Source of the DNA: Promethearchaeota archaeon
Lineage (GTDB): Archaea; Asgardarchaeota; Lokiarchaeia; Sigyniarchaeales; SOKP01
Length of the DNA: 64,000 nucleotides
Assembly (NCBI GenBank): GCA_048938005.1
Contig: JBHLMQ010000011.1
Location: 31,134-95,133, forward strand
Direction of reading: 5' to 3'
Below are positions 50,443 through 60,715 of this stretch, piece by piece; the stretch's first letter is position 1; each line of letters opens with the position of its first letter. The notes beneath the pieces are model-generated. The model ran no database searches, was not told the DNA's origin, and saw only the letters and a list, made by a program, of their open reading frames with translations. A program made the translations under genes and the position numbers.

Positions 50443-50820
50443 TTTGCTTCAACAAAAGTTATTAATTTCTTTATAAAATCCTTTTCTTTTCTGTTTCTTT
50501 TGTATATACTTATCACTATTTAAAAATTTTCAGATTAAAAATCATAGGATAAGTGGAAAATAACATAATTTATTTTATTTAATCAAAAAAAAATCAAACT
50601 AAAAATGAAGTCATGGAAATGTTTAAGACATGAACATTACTGTGGTTTTAATAAAGAATCTCCTTTATGCAATTTCACCGTAATTATATTAAATTTACTG
50701 GTAAATCTTAGATTTTACTGGTATTTTTCAATAGAACTTTTATATTTAAATTAATCTATTTACATTTTGATAATCAATTTTGGAAAATATCAAGTGAGAT
50801 TAAAATTAGAAGGAAAAGAA

Positions 50821-52008
50821 ATGAATGAACTAAACAAAAAGATTGATGTAAATCAATTTCTGAATAATATTAAGGAAGAGATTTCAGGTCCCAATCCATT
50901 AAGCTATCGTAAATGGAATATTATATCCTCTTTATGTAATTTACGGACTAAAGAAGAATATCAATTTCTTTCTGATTCCGAATTTTATGATATTGTAAGA
51001 GAAACTTTCAAATTGGATCCGGATTTTTTTATGAAAGAACTTAATAATCCTTTCAGGAAAAAAATGGGCAAAATAATTGGAGCTGAAAAATTAAAGGAAA
51101 TGGAAAAATACATCATTGAAAAATATTGCCTATATGATGGAGAAGAAATTCTTTATGAATGCCATGGGAGTATAAAGCAGAGCACTGGAGAATCTGACGT
51201 GGCTGTATCAGTGTCGAAGGGATTTTTGTTTGTTACTACTCATAGAATCATTGCTCAAGGTACACTTAAAGTGAGCGGGGGGAGTTACACCCCTGAAGGT
51301 CTTTTGGATTTGATTATAGTACCTTTCTCGGGGATCTCCAAGAAGGCTCGAGGCAAAAAGAAGCTTATTGAAAGTTCATTAGATCAAGAATTACCATGTT
51401 ATGGGTATCAATTTCAGATTAAAAATCATATAAAGTTGAAGAAAAGCGGCGATAGATGGATAAGATATATTGTAATTGATTTACAATCAATTACAAAAAA
51501 AATTGAAAATATAAGCTTGTCAAAGCGACTACAAAAAAGCCTCCAAGATGAAATTAATAAAATCATCTCCAGGATGGATTTAATAAAAGCGAGCAAACCT
51601 ATCAGAATAACCCTACCTTCTCCATCAAAAGATAAACTAGACGAACTCTTTCAAGTATTATGTAAGGATGCGAATCAAATTGTAGATTCATTTAGAGAAT
51701 TACATGAAATGGGATTAAATGAAAAATTAAAACGGAAACAGTTTTTATATAGATTACGCCAATTATGGAAAAGTGAAGAGTATCAGCAACTTTCTGATTC
51801 AGATTGCTTAGATATTGTAAAAGAGATTTATAAATTAGATCCTGAGTTTTTTATGACTTCAATTTACCCAAAGATGATGTCTTGGAAAGAACCCTCATTT
51901 TTAAGTGTGAAGGAGGAAGTAATAACACTTATTGATAAGTTAAACAATGAATTAGCGCTTTCTAAACCGGAACAAGCCGATGACTCCATCAAATTCATTA
52001 AAGAATAG
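50821..52008 (+). CDS. hypothetical protein: GRAM/PH-like core between duplicated helical motifs
   Basis: EEYQxLSDS..DIVxExxKLDPxFFM occurs twice; GEEILYEC...GFLFVTTHRII. Confidence 0.6.
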   Translation: MNELNKKIDVNQFLNNIKEEISGPNPLSYRKWNIISSLCNLRTKEEYQFLSDSEFYDIVRETFKLDPDFFMKELNNPFRKKMGKIIGAEKLKEMEKYIIEKYCLYDGEEILYECHGSIKQSTGESDVAVSVSKGFLFVTTHRIIAQGTLKVSGGSYTPEGLLDLIIVPFSGISKKARGKKKLIESSLDQELPCYGYQFQIKNHIKLKKSGDRWIRYIVIDLQSITKKIENISLSKRLQKSLQDEINKIISRMDLIKASKPIRITLPSPSKDKLDELFQVLCKDANQIVDSFRELHEMGLNEKLKRKQFLYRLRQLWKSEEYQQLSDSDCLDIVKEIYKLDPEFFMTSIYPKMMSWKEPSFLSVKEEVITLIDKLNNELALSKPEQADDSIKFIKE

Positions 52009-52026
52009 AATAAAGAAAAAGCAAAA

Positions 52027-52851
52027 TTATTTCTTTTTTTTTGGAAACCATGGGAAAAATTGGCTTGTTCTCCTTTTATAATCAGCATATTTATCATCAT
52101 CCTTATATCGGTAGTTTAATAGTCTTATTCCTGAAACTTTAATAATCATATAGGTAATAAAGATTGGTCCGACAACCGAAATAAAGCCAAATGGTACTGC
52201 GAGAGCAATTATAAATATTCCCCACCATTGAGTAACTTCTCCAAAATAATTAGGATGCTGAGTATATTTCCATAATCCTTGATCCATTACTTGTCCTTTA
52301 TTGTTTGGATCTTGTTTGAACTTGTAAAGTTGATAATCGCCAAATGTTTCAAATAAGAATCCAATTATCCATATAATTGCGCCCAACCACAATGTAATTC
52401 CACTAAAGTCTATTAAACTTATTAGGGGAGGATTAATACTAACATTTACAAACCAAACTGGAAATGCAACAATAAAAATAACAACACCTTGAAATATGTA
52501 AACTCTAATTAGACTTTTTAAAACTATATTAGTTTTCCATCTTTTCCTCATAGCTTGATACCGATAATCTTCAGGTTTTCCTCGATTTCTAATAAATACG
52601 TACAATCCCAATCTTAGAGCCCATATGAATACAAGGCTAGTTACAATGATTTGACGAATATTTATAAAGCCATTAATTAGAAAGTAAAGGATTAGACTGG
52701 TTAAAGCAACTACAAAGTATCCTGGACCGTAAAATACATCCATGAGACCATTATTTTTCTGTATTGTTCCTACTATAAAAGCGATAATAAGATATCCCAA
52801 AAGAAATAATGCAGAGTATCCTATGATAACTAACATATCTAAAATTGCCAT
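52027..52851 (-). CDS. DUF1295 / steroid 5-alpha-reductase-like membrane protein
   Basis: EDYRY, GDYQL, GLWKYTQHPNYFGE. Confidence 0.88.
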   Translation of the reverse strand: MAILDMLVIIGYSALFLLGYLIIAFIVGTIQKNNGLMDVFYGPGYFVVALTSLILYFLINGFINIRQIIVTSLVFIWALRLGLYVFIRNRGKPEDYRYQAMRKRWKTNIVLKSLIRVYIFQGVVIFIVAFPVWFVNVSINPPLISLIDFSGITLWLGAIIWIIGFLFETFGDYQLYKFKQDPNNKGQVMDQGLWKYTQHPNYFGEVTQWWGIFIIALAVPFGFISVVGPIFITYMIIKVSGIRLLNYRYKDDDKYADYKRRTSQFFPWFPKKKK

Positions 52852-53275
52852 TTTTTTATCACATAGTTAAAGCTTTTTAATTTATATTGTTGAATAATTA
52901 CTTTTTCTTTTTATTGTTTCATCTAATAAAAAAAAGGAGGTTTTTCAAAAATTAGTTATTCAAATCTGAATTTTCCTTTAAATATTGCCAATCATTCTAT
53001 ATTATGAAGAATAACGACATAATTCCGACGAAAAAATGTCGAGAAGTTTTTAAATAAAACCAAAAAAAATATATGTACATATTTGTGTATGTTCCATAGA
53101 TTTATCAAACCGTAAATAATCAAAAATTAAAGAGGTTAATCAATAGCTTAATATAAAGTAAACATTAATTTTAAATTGAAAGAAAAAATAAATTTATACT
53201 TAGGTTAAGGCAATTTAAATTATTTAATAATTAATTTAGCCGATAAAATTACAATTATTATATTTCACATAAGTA

Positions 53276-55522
53276 TTGATGAGGAAAATGCCCAACAATT
53301 CGTTCTCGTTAATTGATTTATATCCTAAATATGTAATCAATTCAAAAGGAGAAAAGAAAAAGTTCGATGAAAATAATATAGCAAAAGTGCTAAATAAAGA
53401 AACAGGTCTTGATATGCATATTTCCGAGAAAGTAGCGGAAGATGTGATAAGAACGATAATAGGTTTAGGAATGGATGAAATTACTACAAACTACATTCGC
53501 GAATTAGTTTGTGTTGAATTAACTCAACGTGGTTTGAATAAATATAGAAATCTATTTGCGAGAGCTATTAATTTGGAAAGTGTTGGGTTCAAACTTGATG
53601 AAAAATTCATAAATAAGTATAAAGGAAAGCAACCGGATTGGGGGCCTTTGGGATATATTACATATAAAAGAACATATGCTAGAATAATTGAAAATGAAAA
53701 CAGAAAAGAAGAATTTTGGGAAACTATAAGACGAGTTGTGGAAGGTTGTTATTCAGTTCAAAAGGAACACTGTTTAAAATTAAGTTTACCATGGTCTGAC
53801 TCAAAAGCTCAAAAATCAGCACGAATAATGTTTAAAAAGATTTGGGATTTCAAATTCCTTCCTCCGGGGCGAGGTTTATGGATGATGGGTACAGAATTTA
53901 TAGCTCGCCATGGATCAATGTCTCTTAATAATTGTGGGTTTGCATCTACGGAGGATATTGCTTTAAAACATTCAAAAGCTTTTGAATTTGTAATGGATGC
54001 CTTGATGCTTGGTGTGGGAGTAGGTTTTGACACTAAGGGGGCAGGTAAAATTACAATCAAGAAACCTAAGGAAGGACATTTCGAATTTCAACTTCCTGAT
54101 AGTAGAGAAGGTTGGGTAGAATCTTTAAAATTAATGTTAGAAGCTTATTTTTTAGGAAAACAATTACCAATATATGATTTTAGCTTAATAAGACCTGCTG
54201 GTGAACCTATACGAGGATTTGGAGGAGTTGCTAGTGGTCCAGGGCCTTTAAAAGAGATGTTAGAAGCAATTCAAAAGATATTGCAATCAAGGATAGGTCA
54301 AAAAATAACTTCTATTGACATTGTAGATATAATGAATCACATAGGGAAATGTGTAGTTGCTGGGAATGTCCGGAGAAGTGCTGAAATTGCTCTCGGTGAT
54401 CCAACAGATTTAGATTTTGTCTTATGCAAGCAGGATGAAAAAGCCTTATATTCCCATAGGTGGGCAAGTAATAATTCTGTGTTTGCTGTTAAAGGGCTTG
54501 ATTATTCATTTATAGCGAACCAAATTGCGGTGAATGGCGAACCGGGAGTGTTTTGGCTTGAAAATGCTAGAAACTATGGGAGGATGGGAGATCCACCAAA
54601 TTTCAAGGATAATAAAGCAGCAGGGGTTAATCCATGTGGAGAGCAAACCTTAGAGTCTTTTGAATTATGTTGTCTTGTTGAAACTTTCCCTTCAAGGCAT
54701 GAGTCTTATGAGGAATATCAAGATACGTTAAAATACGCCTACTTGTATTCTAAATCGGTTACTCTTGTGAACACTCATTGGCAAGAAACTAATGCGGTTA
54801 TGTTAAAAAATAGAAGAATGGGTATTTCACAAACAGGAATAATTGAAGCATTTATTAGACATGGAAGACGGAACATGTTGGAATGGTGTGAAAAGGCTTA
54901 TAACTATTTACAAGAATTAGATGAGCAATATTCAGGATGGTTATGTATTCCAAGATCTATAAAGATAACTACAGTTAAACCGAGTGGGACAGTAAGTTTA
55001 CTTCCTGGAGTTCCGCCTGGAATTCATTATCCGCATTCAGAATATTATATAAGAAGAATTCGTATTTCTAAAAACTCTGATCTTATTGAGCATATTAGAA
55101 ATGCTGGTTATAAAGTTGAAAATGATTTATATTCACCTAATACAGTTGTAGCAGAATTTCCTATTCATGAAAAATATTTTGATCGTTCAAAAAATGAAGT
55201 TTCTATCTGGGAACAAGCGGAAAATGCAGCAGCATATCAAAAATACTGGTCAGATAATCAAGTATCAATAACTATTACGTTTAAGGAAGAAGAAGTAGAT
55301 CAAATAAAGCATGTTCTTGAAAGCTATGAAGATAAGTTAAAGAGTGTAAGCTTCTTACCAATAAAGGAACACGGGTATAAACAAGCACCTTATGAGGAAA
55401 TTACACAAGAACAGTATGAAGATATTATTTCTAAACTCAAATTATTTAACCTTAATGGAACAAAAGATAGAGCAATCGGTGAAAAGTTTTGCGATTCTGA
55501 CAGGTGTGAAGTTCGATTTTAA
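53276..55522 (+). CDS. nrdJ: class II (B12-dependent) ribonucleotide reductase with N-terminal ATP-cone
   Basis: TYKRTYAR, PPGRGLW, NNC, GNVRRSA, NPCGE, VKPSGT, C-terminal CDSDRC. Confidence 0.93.
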   Translation: MMRKMPNNSFSLIDLYPKYVINSKGEKKKFDENNIAKVLNKETGLDMHISEKVAEDVIRTIIGLGMDEITTNYIRELVCVELTQRGLNKYRNLFARAINLESVGFKLDEKFINKYKGKQPDWGPLGYITYKRTYARIIENENRKEEFWETIRRVVEGCYSVQKEHCLKLSLPWSDSKAQKSARIMFKKIWDFKFLPPGRGLWMMGTEFIARHGSMSLNNCGFASTEDIALKHSKAFEFVMDALMLGVGVGFDTKGAGKITIKKPKEGHFEFQLPDSREGWVESLKLMLEAYFLGKQLPIYDFSLIRPAGEPIRGFGGVASGPGPLKEMLEAIQKILQSRIGQKITSIDIVDIMNHIGKCVVAGNVRRSAEIALGDPTDLDFVLCKQDEKALYSHRWASNNSVFAVKGLDYSFIANQIAVNGEPGVFWLENARNYGRMGDPPNFKDNKAAGVNPCGEQTLESFELCCLVETFPSRHESYEEYQDTLKYAYLYSKSVTLVNTHWQETNAVMLKNRRMGISQTGIIEAFIRHGRRNMLEWCEKAYNYLQELDEQYSGWLCIPRSIKITTVKPSGTVSLLPGVPPGIHYPHSEYYIRRIRISKNSDLIEHIRNAGYKVENDLYSPNTVVAEFPIHEKYFDRSKNEVSIWEQAENAAAYQKYWSDNQVSITITFKEEEVDQIKHVLESYEDKLKSVSFLPIKEHGYKQAPYEEITQEQYEDIISKLKLFNLNGTKDRAIGEKFCDSDRCEVRF

Positions 55523-55736
55523 TTTTATTAAACTATTTTTTGTCAATCTAATATCTATTAGATCTATTCACAATTTTTAGATATTATTGTCAATTATTAA
55601 ATTAAGATCTAATTACAATTAGAGAACTTAATACTGGGTAATTATTTTAGCCTCTCCACTAATAATATATAATTAAGTGAATTTTTTAGATAATAAATCA
55701 AATTTGAAGAGTTGAAAAAAAAAGAACATATTTAAC

Positions 55737-56849
55737 ATGACGCTTCAGAGACTAAAAAGCATTGACACTTTTCGTGGATTATGCATGGCGTGGATGATTT
55801 TAGGGCATTTAACGGGATGGTGGTTGAGAGAAGAGGATTTTTGGTTAGCTAATTCTATTAATATTATTTTAGATCCAATTGGCGCTTCTGGATTTTTATT
55901 TATTGCAGGTGTGAGTTTGATGTTATCCTATAGAAAAAGGCTTTTAAAATCTATAAATTCAGAAGAATATACTTATCGGATGATAAGAAACGAATACCTC
56001 CTTCGTTCTTTTTTTATATTTGTAATTGCATTAATTTATAATGCTTGTATCGCCATCGCTATCAATGATTTTAAATGGATTTGGACGTGGTTCATTTTAA
56101 TGACAATCGCAATTTCCCTTTTTATGGCATGGCCATTGTTAAAAACATCAAAGTATTTTAGATTAGCTCTTGGGATAATCATATGGATTGTAGATAAATT
56201 GATTTTTGATGTTTTAATAATATATGAAGGGCAATCTAATTTTTTTGGAGTATTATTTCATATTTTATACAGTGAATATACTCTAGAGCCTATTTTAACT
56301 TTTTTTCCTTTTTTATTATTTGGTACTGTTGTTGGAGATGTGATTTATGATATATTCAACATAAATAATCTGGAAGACAGAAAAGAAAAGTTTAAAAAAA
56401 TTTTCTTAATCCCTTCAATAATAATTGGAGGTTGTTCAATTCTTTTAAATGTAGTTTTTTTATTTCCAGAATTTTTAGTGAGAAGAAGCATTTCATGGTT
56501 AGTATATACTTTAGGAATAGATTTAATATTATTTTCTATCTTATTATCATTTGAAATATTTAATATTATTAAGACAGAAAAAAGTTATAGATTATTATTT
56601 TACTACTCTTATTATTCACTCACAGTTTATTTAGGTCATAATGTCTTATATTTTCTCTTTTTAGATATGTTAAACGTGTTTAATATTTGGTTCTTCGTAG
56701 CAGGGGCATTCTTTATAATTGGTTTGATATTAAGGAGTGTTTATAAAAAATGGAGTGGAAAAGCATCACTCAAATTTCAATTGGGTAAATTAAGTTTGAC
56801 ATTGGCAAGAATTATTGAGAGTAAAAGATATTCACAGAAAAGTCTTTAA
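55737..56849 (+). CDS. DUF1624/HGSNAT-like membrane acyltransferase
   Basis: RLKSIDTFRGLCMAWMILGH, FLFIAGVS. Confidence 0.8.
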   Translation: MTLQRLKSIDTFRGLCMAWMILGHLTGWWLREEDFWLANSINIILDPIGASGFLFIAGVSLMLSYRKRLLKSINSEEYTYRMIRNEYLLRSFFIFVIALIYNACIAIAINDFKWIWTWFILMTIAISLFMAWPLLKTSKYFRLALGIIIWIVDKLIFDVLIIYEGQSNFFGVLFHILYSEYTLEPILTFFPFLLFGTVVGDVIYDIFNINNLEDRKEKFKKIFLIPSIIIGGCSILLNVVFLFPEFLVRRSISWLVYTLGIDLILFSILLSFEIFNIIKTEKSYRLLFYYSYYSLTVYLGHNVLYFLFLDMLNVFNIWFFVAGAFFIIGLILRSVYKKWSGKASLKFQLGKLSLTLARIIESKRYSQKSL

Positions 56850-56898
56850 AAGTTGGCTTTTAATTATTCATATCTCTTACAATTTTTTAATGATTCAT

Positions 56899-57804
56899 TT
56901 AGCCAAAAATTAGCATTGCAAGCAAAGGGGCTAAGGAACCCAAAAATAATAGAAGTGAAAGCAGTATAATTCTAAAAATTCTTCTTCTTTTAGGATCTTT
57001 AATATTTTCAATTAATACAAGCACTATAAAACCATAAAAAATTAATTGAGCAGTTTGAAACGCTTTTGCCATTATCCGTAAAAATTTTATAAAATCAGAT
57101 ACGGTAGCAGGGTCAACACCTCTGATAATTGTTAGATTAAATAAAAAATTAAAGAAATATTCGGGAAAAATAATATAGGGAAGGCATAAAAGCGTTAGAG
57201 GGATGAAGAAATAAATAAGATCCTTTAATTTTATCTTTTTTACAATTAATAAAATTATTGGAAACATAATTGGAGTTAACTTAAATACTGTTAGCGCAAA
57301 TAATATTCCTGAAATCCATTTTCTATCCTTCTCTAATTCAATATACGACAAATAAAGCAATAATAGTACAATCCAATTCGAATTATTGAGATAAGCATCA
57401 GCAAAATAACCTAAAGTACTCAAAATGAGGAATACCACGATATTTTTTCGGTCTTCTGAGATTTTCTCAACATTTTTGAATATATATATTGTTGATAATA
57501 ATCTTGCTAGGTCCCAAATATAAACACCTATATCTTTAGGAATGATTGAAAACGGAAAAAACATTAAATAAAAATAATATAGATAAAAAGTCCCTGAACC
57601 AGGTTTATGGATCTCAATTATACCTAATTGACTTTCAGAGTAAAATATGCCATAGTCAACATCTCTTAAAACTGAAAAGACATTTATATCTGTAAAATAG
57701 AAAATTATACGTAATTCTGTTAAAATGATCGTAATTCCAATGATAATATATATAAACACTGAAATAATTGGGTACTTTTTATCTTCTGACATTATATGTC
57801 GCAT
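56899..57804 (-). CDS. GT-C fold glycosyltransferase (GT87/DUF2029-like)
   Basis: DY early loop, FYLYYF...FPF, N-x-N, K-L-T-P helix pattern, multi-TM. Confidence 0.7.
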   Translation of the reverse strand: MRHIMSEDKKYPIISVFIYIIIGITIILTELRIIFYFTDINVFSVLRDVDYGIFYSESQLGIIEIHKPGSGTFYLYYFYLMFFPFSIIPKDIGVYIWDLARLLSTIYIFKNVEKISEDRKNIVVFLILSTLGYFADAYLNNSNWIVLLLLYLSYIELEKDRKWISGILFALTVFKLTPIMFPIILLIVKKIKLKDLIYFFIPLTLLCLPYIIFPEYFFNFLFNLTIIRGVDPATVSDFIKFLRIMAKAFQTAQLIFYGFIVLVLIENIKDPKRRRIFRIILLSLLLFLGSLAPLLAMLIFG

Positions 57805-58123
57805 ATAATTTTGATTTCTTTAATTTTTAGAACTTAAATAATTTTAGTTATTTAGAAAAGGATTCAATTTTCATTATTTTATTTTGAAATTGAATGTGGT
57901 CTTATAAAATACTTTCAAAAAATTTTTTATCTTTAAAAGAAAAAATGGTATACAGCCCCTAAATTATCAAGTTTTCTAAGCTATGAAATAGAAAGTTTTT
58001 ATTAAAAAATCTAAAAAGTTTTTTAAAAAAATAAAGGCGTAAAGTAAAAATTATAAGGTATACTAATGAAAATAAATTTAACATAATAATATTTTAAAAA
58101 TTAAATTAAAGATGTGATTTTAT

Positions 58124-59068
58124 ATGTCAGAAGAAGATCCAATTGAAGAAATAGAAAAAACTGCAGAGAAAGCAGCAAAGAAAACTCGAGAAAAGGCAAG
58201 AACGACACCAGAAAAAAAGAAAGTTAAAAAATCATCTAAAAAGGCTGCTACCCCTGAGGTTGAACCTAAACCTGGCAGAGCAGTTCATAAGAAGATAAAG
58301 GTTAACTTTTGGCGGACTCGCTTACATGATGAAGAATTAGGAATACATCAACAACTTAAATATCAAGCAAAAACTCGATGGTTTAGTAAAAATTTTGATA
58401 TCGAAGGAGTTGTAGAAGAGGATGATGAGAAGAAATATATAATTGCTTTTAGTAAAGATGATTGGGAAGAAAAACCTCTCGAGGAAAAAACATTAACTTG
58501 TCGTATATTCACAATTATGGAAGAAAAAATCACTGATGTAAAGGAAGCTAGAGGTGGGAATTTCAAAGGAGGTGTTGAATTAAGTATTTCCCATTCATTA
58601 ATCCAAAGCTATGAAATTAAGCATCCCGGCCCCGTATTTATTATGCAAATTCCAAGAACAATATATTTAGCACGAGTCGTAAGAGGGTGGAGATTAGTTG
58701 GTACATATTGGTCATGGCCATTACTTCCAGAACAAAAGGATGATAAATTACAAGTAGTTACAGCTAAAGGTATTGTAGGACCAGGAAGGAATTATTGGAT
58801 TTATGTTGGTGATCAAAAAATTGCCCGAGTAGATGGACAAGTAGTTCAAAAAAATTTTGAAATTGAAATTTATGATGCAGCTTATGCAAAAGATAAAATG
58901 TTTGTAATATACATGATCTTATTTGGCTGTGTTTGCAATTTTATGAATGTTGCTGAGAAGATTATTAAGAAACTCTATAAAAAGATGAAGAAGACAGGAA
59001 CAAGTGATTACGATATTCCACGAAAAGAGTTAACTCTATTTAGAAACCCAAGAATGATGAGAAGGTAA
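58124..59068 (+). CDS. hypothetical protein, Lys-rich N-terminus, possible LURP-one/tubby-C-like domain
   Basis: Long ORF; GRNYWIY...IARVDG...FEIEI followed by a terminal hydrophobic helix. Confidence 0.5.
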   Translation: MSEEDPIEEIEKTAEKAAKKTREKARTTPEKKKVKKSSKKAATPEVEPKPGRAVHKKIKVNFWRTRLHDEELGIHQQLKYQAKTRWFSKNFDIEGVVEEDDEKKYIIAFSKDDWEEKPLEEKTLTCRIFTIMEEKITDVKEARGGNFKGGVELSISHSLIQSYEIKHPGPVFIMQIPRTIYLARVVRGWRLVGTYWSWPLLPEQKDDKLQVVTAKGIVGPGRNYWIYVGDQKIARVDGQVVQKNFEIEIYDAAYAKDKMFVIYMILFGCVCNFMNVAEKIIKKLYKKMKKTGTSDYDIPRKELTLFRNPRMMRR

Positions 59069-59217
59069 ATCTAATAATAATTATTATTTTATACTCTTTT
59101 TTTTAGTTAATTTTTAAAGTTGATATTAGCAACCTAAGTAAAAACTAAATTCTATAAGTTAGTAATTCTCAAAAAATTTTTTAAAAAAAAAGTAATTTAA
59201 AAAAAAATAACTAAAAT

Positions 59218-59991
59218 TTATTCTACCATCTGTTTCTTTTTCCATTCAATATAGCCTTTTGTCTCCTTTCCTCTATGTATTGCTTTCTTACCTGTCTCTT
59301 TTTTATACACTGATTGGAGTGTTCTTTCATCCATTTGTTTTAATGCTTCTCTCTTAATACGTTCATCAACTTCCATCTCATCTTCGATTGTTTTAACTCG
59401 GCTGAGTACAGCGTATACACCATGATTCCAGAGAACAAAACCGATAAAAATGATACCTACTATTAAAAAGATCATAGCTCCTACCCATAGAATCCATAAA
59501 CCCCACTGAAAATGATTTAACATCCATACCCATAAATTCCAAATAGCATTCCAAAATGTATAAGGGAGTAAACCGATTAAAAGTGCAATTATAGTGATAT
59601 ATAGGCCAAATAAAGCAACACCAATAAGTAATCTTAAAGTACTATAGTCTTCCCACTTTTTTGCTAAGCGACGGTCTTTAAACATTGCTTTACATAATTT
59701 TACCATACCTCCTCGGAATAATGTATAAAAGAGGACTAATAAAAACGCGTGACCTGTGATAATACCGGCTATTATTGCAATCTGGAATCCAAGACCTATA
59801 CTAACAAACCAATCCCAGGCAGCACCAGGAATTAAAGATGTGATAATGACAATCCAAATCCCAAGGACAACGACGGCTGTAGCAATTATAAGACCGTAAT
59901 ATATTACTTTTGCAATTCTAATATCCCATGTTGAATATAAATCTAATGGATCCGGCACTCTATCAGGAGCTTTACGACCTGCTCGCGGCAT
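59218..59991 (-). CDS. 4-TM membrane protein, hypothetical
   Basis: Long ORF with four hydrophobic helices. Confidence 0.65.
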   Translation of the reverse strand: MPRAGRKAPDRVPDPLDLYSTWDIRIAKVIYYGLIIATAVVVLGIWIVIITSLIPGAAWDWFVSIGLGFQIAIIAGIITGHAFLLVLFYTLFRGGMVKLCKAMFKDRRLAKKWEDYSTLRLLIGVALFGLYITIIALLIGLLPYTFWNAIWNLWVWMLNHFQWGLWILWVGAMIFLIVGIIFIGFVLWNHGVYAVLSRVKTIEDEMEVDERIKREALKQMDERTLQSVYKKETGKKAIHRGKETKGYIEWKKKQMVE

Positions 59992-60132
59992 AATTATCTC
60001 ATTTTATATTATTTTATATTATTTTTCGTTTAGATATTCAAATTTCTATATTTTAATAATTAGTTTTCCTATTATTTATTTTTATTAGTAAATTGATAAG
60101 AAAAATAATTTTTTGAGACTCATTTGAAAAGC

Positions 60133-60588
60133 TTATGATTTTAAGGGAACTTGGCAGAAGGGGCAAGTTGCATATTCCTTATCCAATGTTTCTCCACAAT
60201 ATGGGCAAACTCTTATTTTTTCTTCCAATTTTTCTTCTTTCTTCCTTTTTTTAGCTTCTGGTTTCTTTTTAGACGGTTCTTTTTCTTCAGGTTCTTCTAT
60301 TAACCCTGCTTTATCTAATACTCTTTCTTTAGGTGTCATATCTTCACGCTTCTTTTTTGGTTTCACAAAAGGTTTATCTGAGTATTCTAACTTAGTGAAA
60401 CAAGTAGGGCAGTAAACTTTTGGTCTGTTAGATAAATAAAATCCATAAGCAATTGCTGCGATCCCTAATGTGCCCACAATTGCAATTCCCCATACTACTT
60501 TTTGCATTGTAGTTAATGGATTCCTAACTGATTCTTCAACTTCTTGCTTACAAACCTTGCAATATGCAAATTTGATTTTCTTTGACAT
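60133..60588 (-). CDS. LITAF-like zinc-ribbon membrane protein with extra C-terminal zinc ribbon
   Basis: CKVC-hydrophobic stretch-CPTC, then CPYC...CPFC. Confidence 0.65.
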   Translation of the reverse strand: MSKKIKFAYCKVCKQEVEESVRNPLTTMQKVVWGIAIVGTLGIAAIAYGFYLSNRPKVYCPTCFTKLEYSDKPFVKPKKKREDMTPKERVLDKAGLIEEPEEKEPSKKKPEAKKRKKEEKLEEKIRVCPYCGETLDKEYATCPFCQVPLKS

Positions 60589-60715
60589 TTTCACACCTAA
60601 CTTCAAATAAATAATATGTATTTTTATAATAGATTATTTTAATAAAAAAACGTTTTTAATACCTAATAATCAAGTTCTTTTTATAAATTATTATATTGTT
60701 TAAAAATGGACTAAC

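Noticed and set aside
53276-55522. Intein in nrdJ
   Set aside because: Length and continuous motifs leave no room for an insertion; no intein terminal motifs seen
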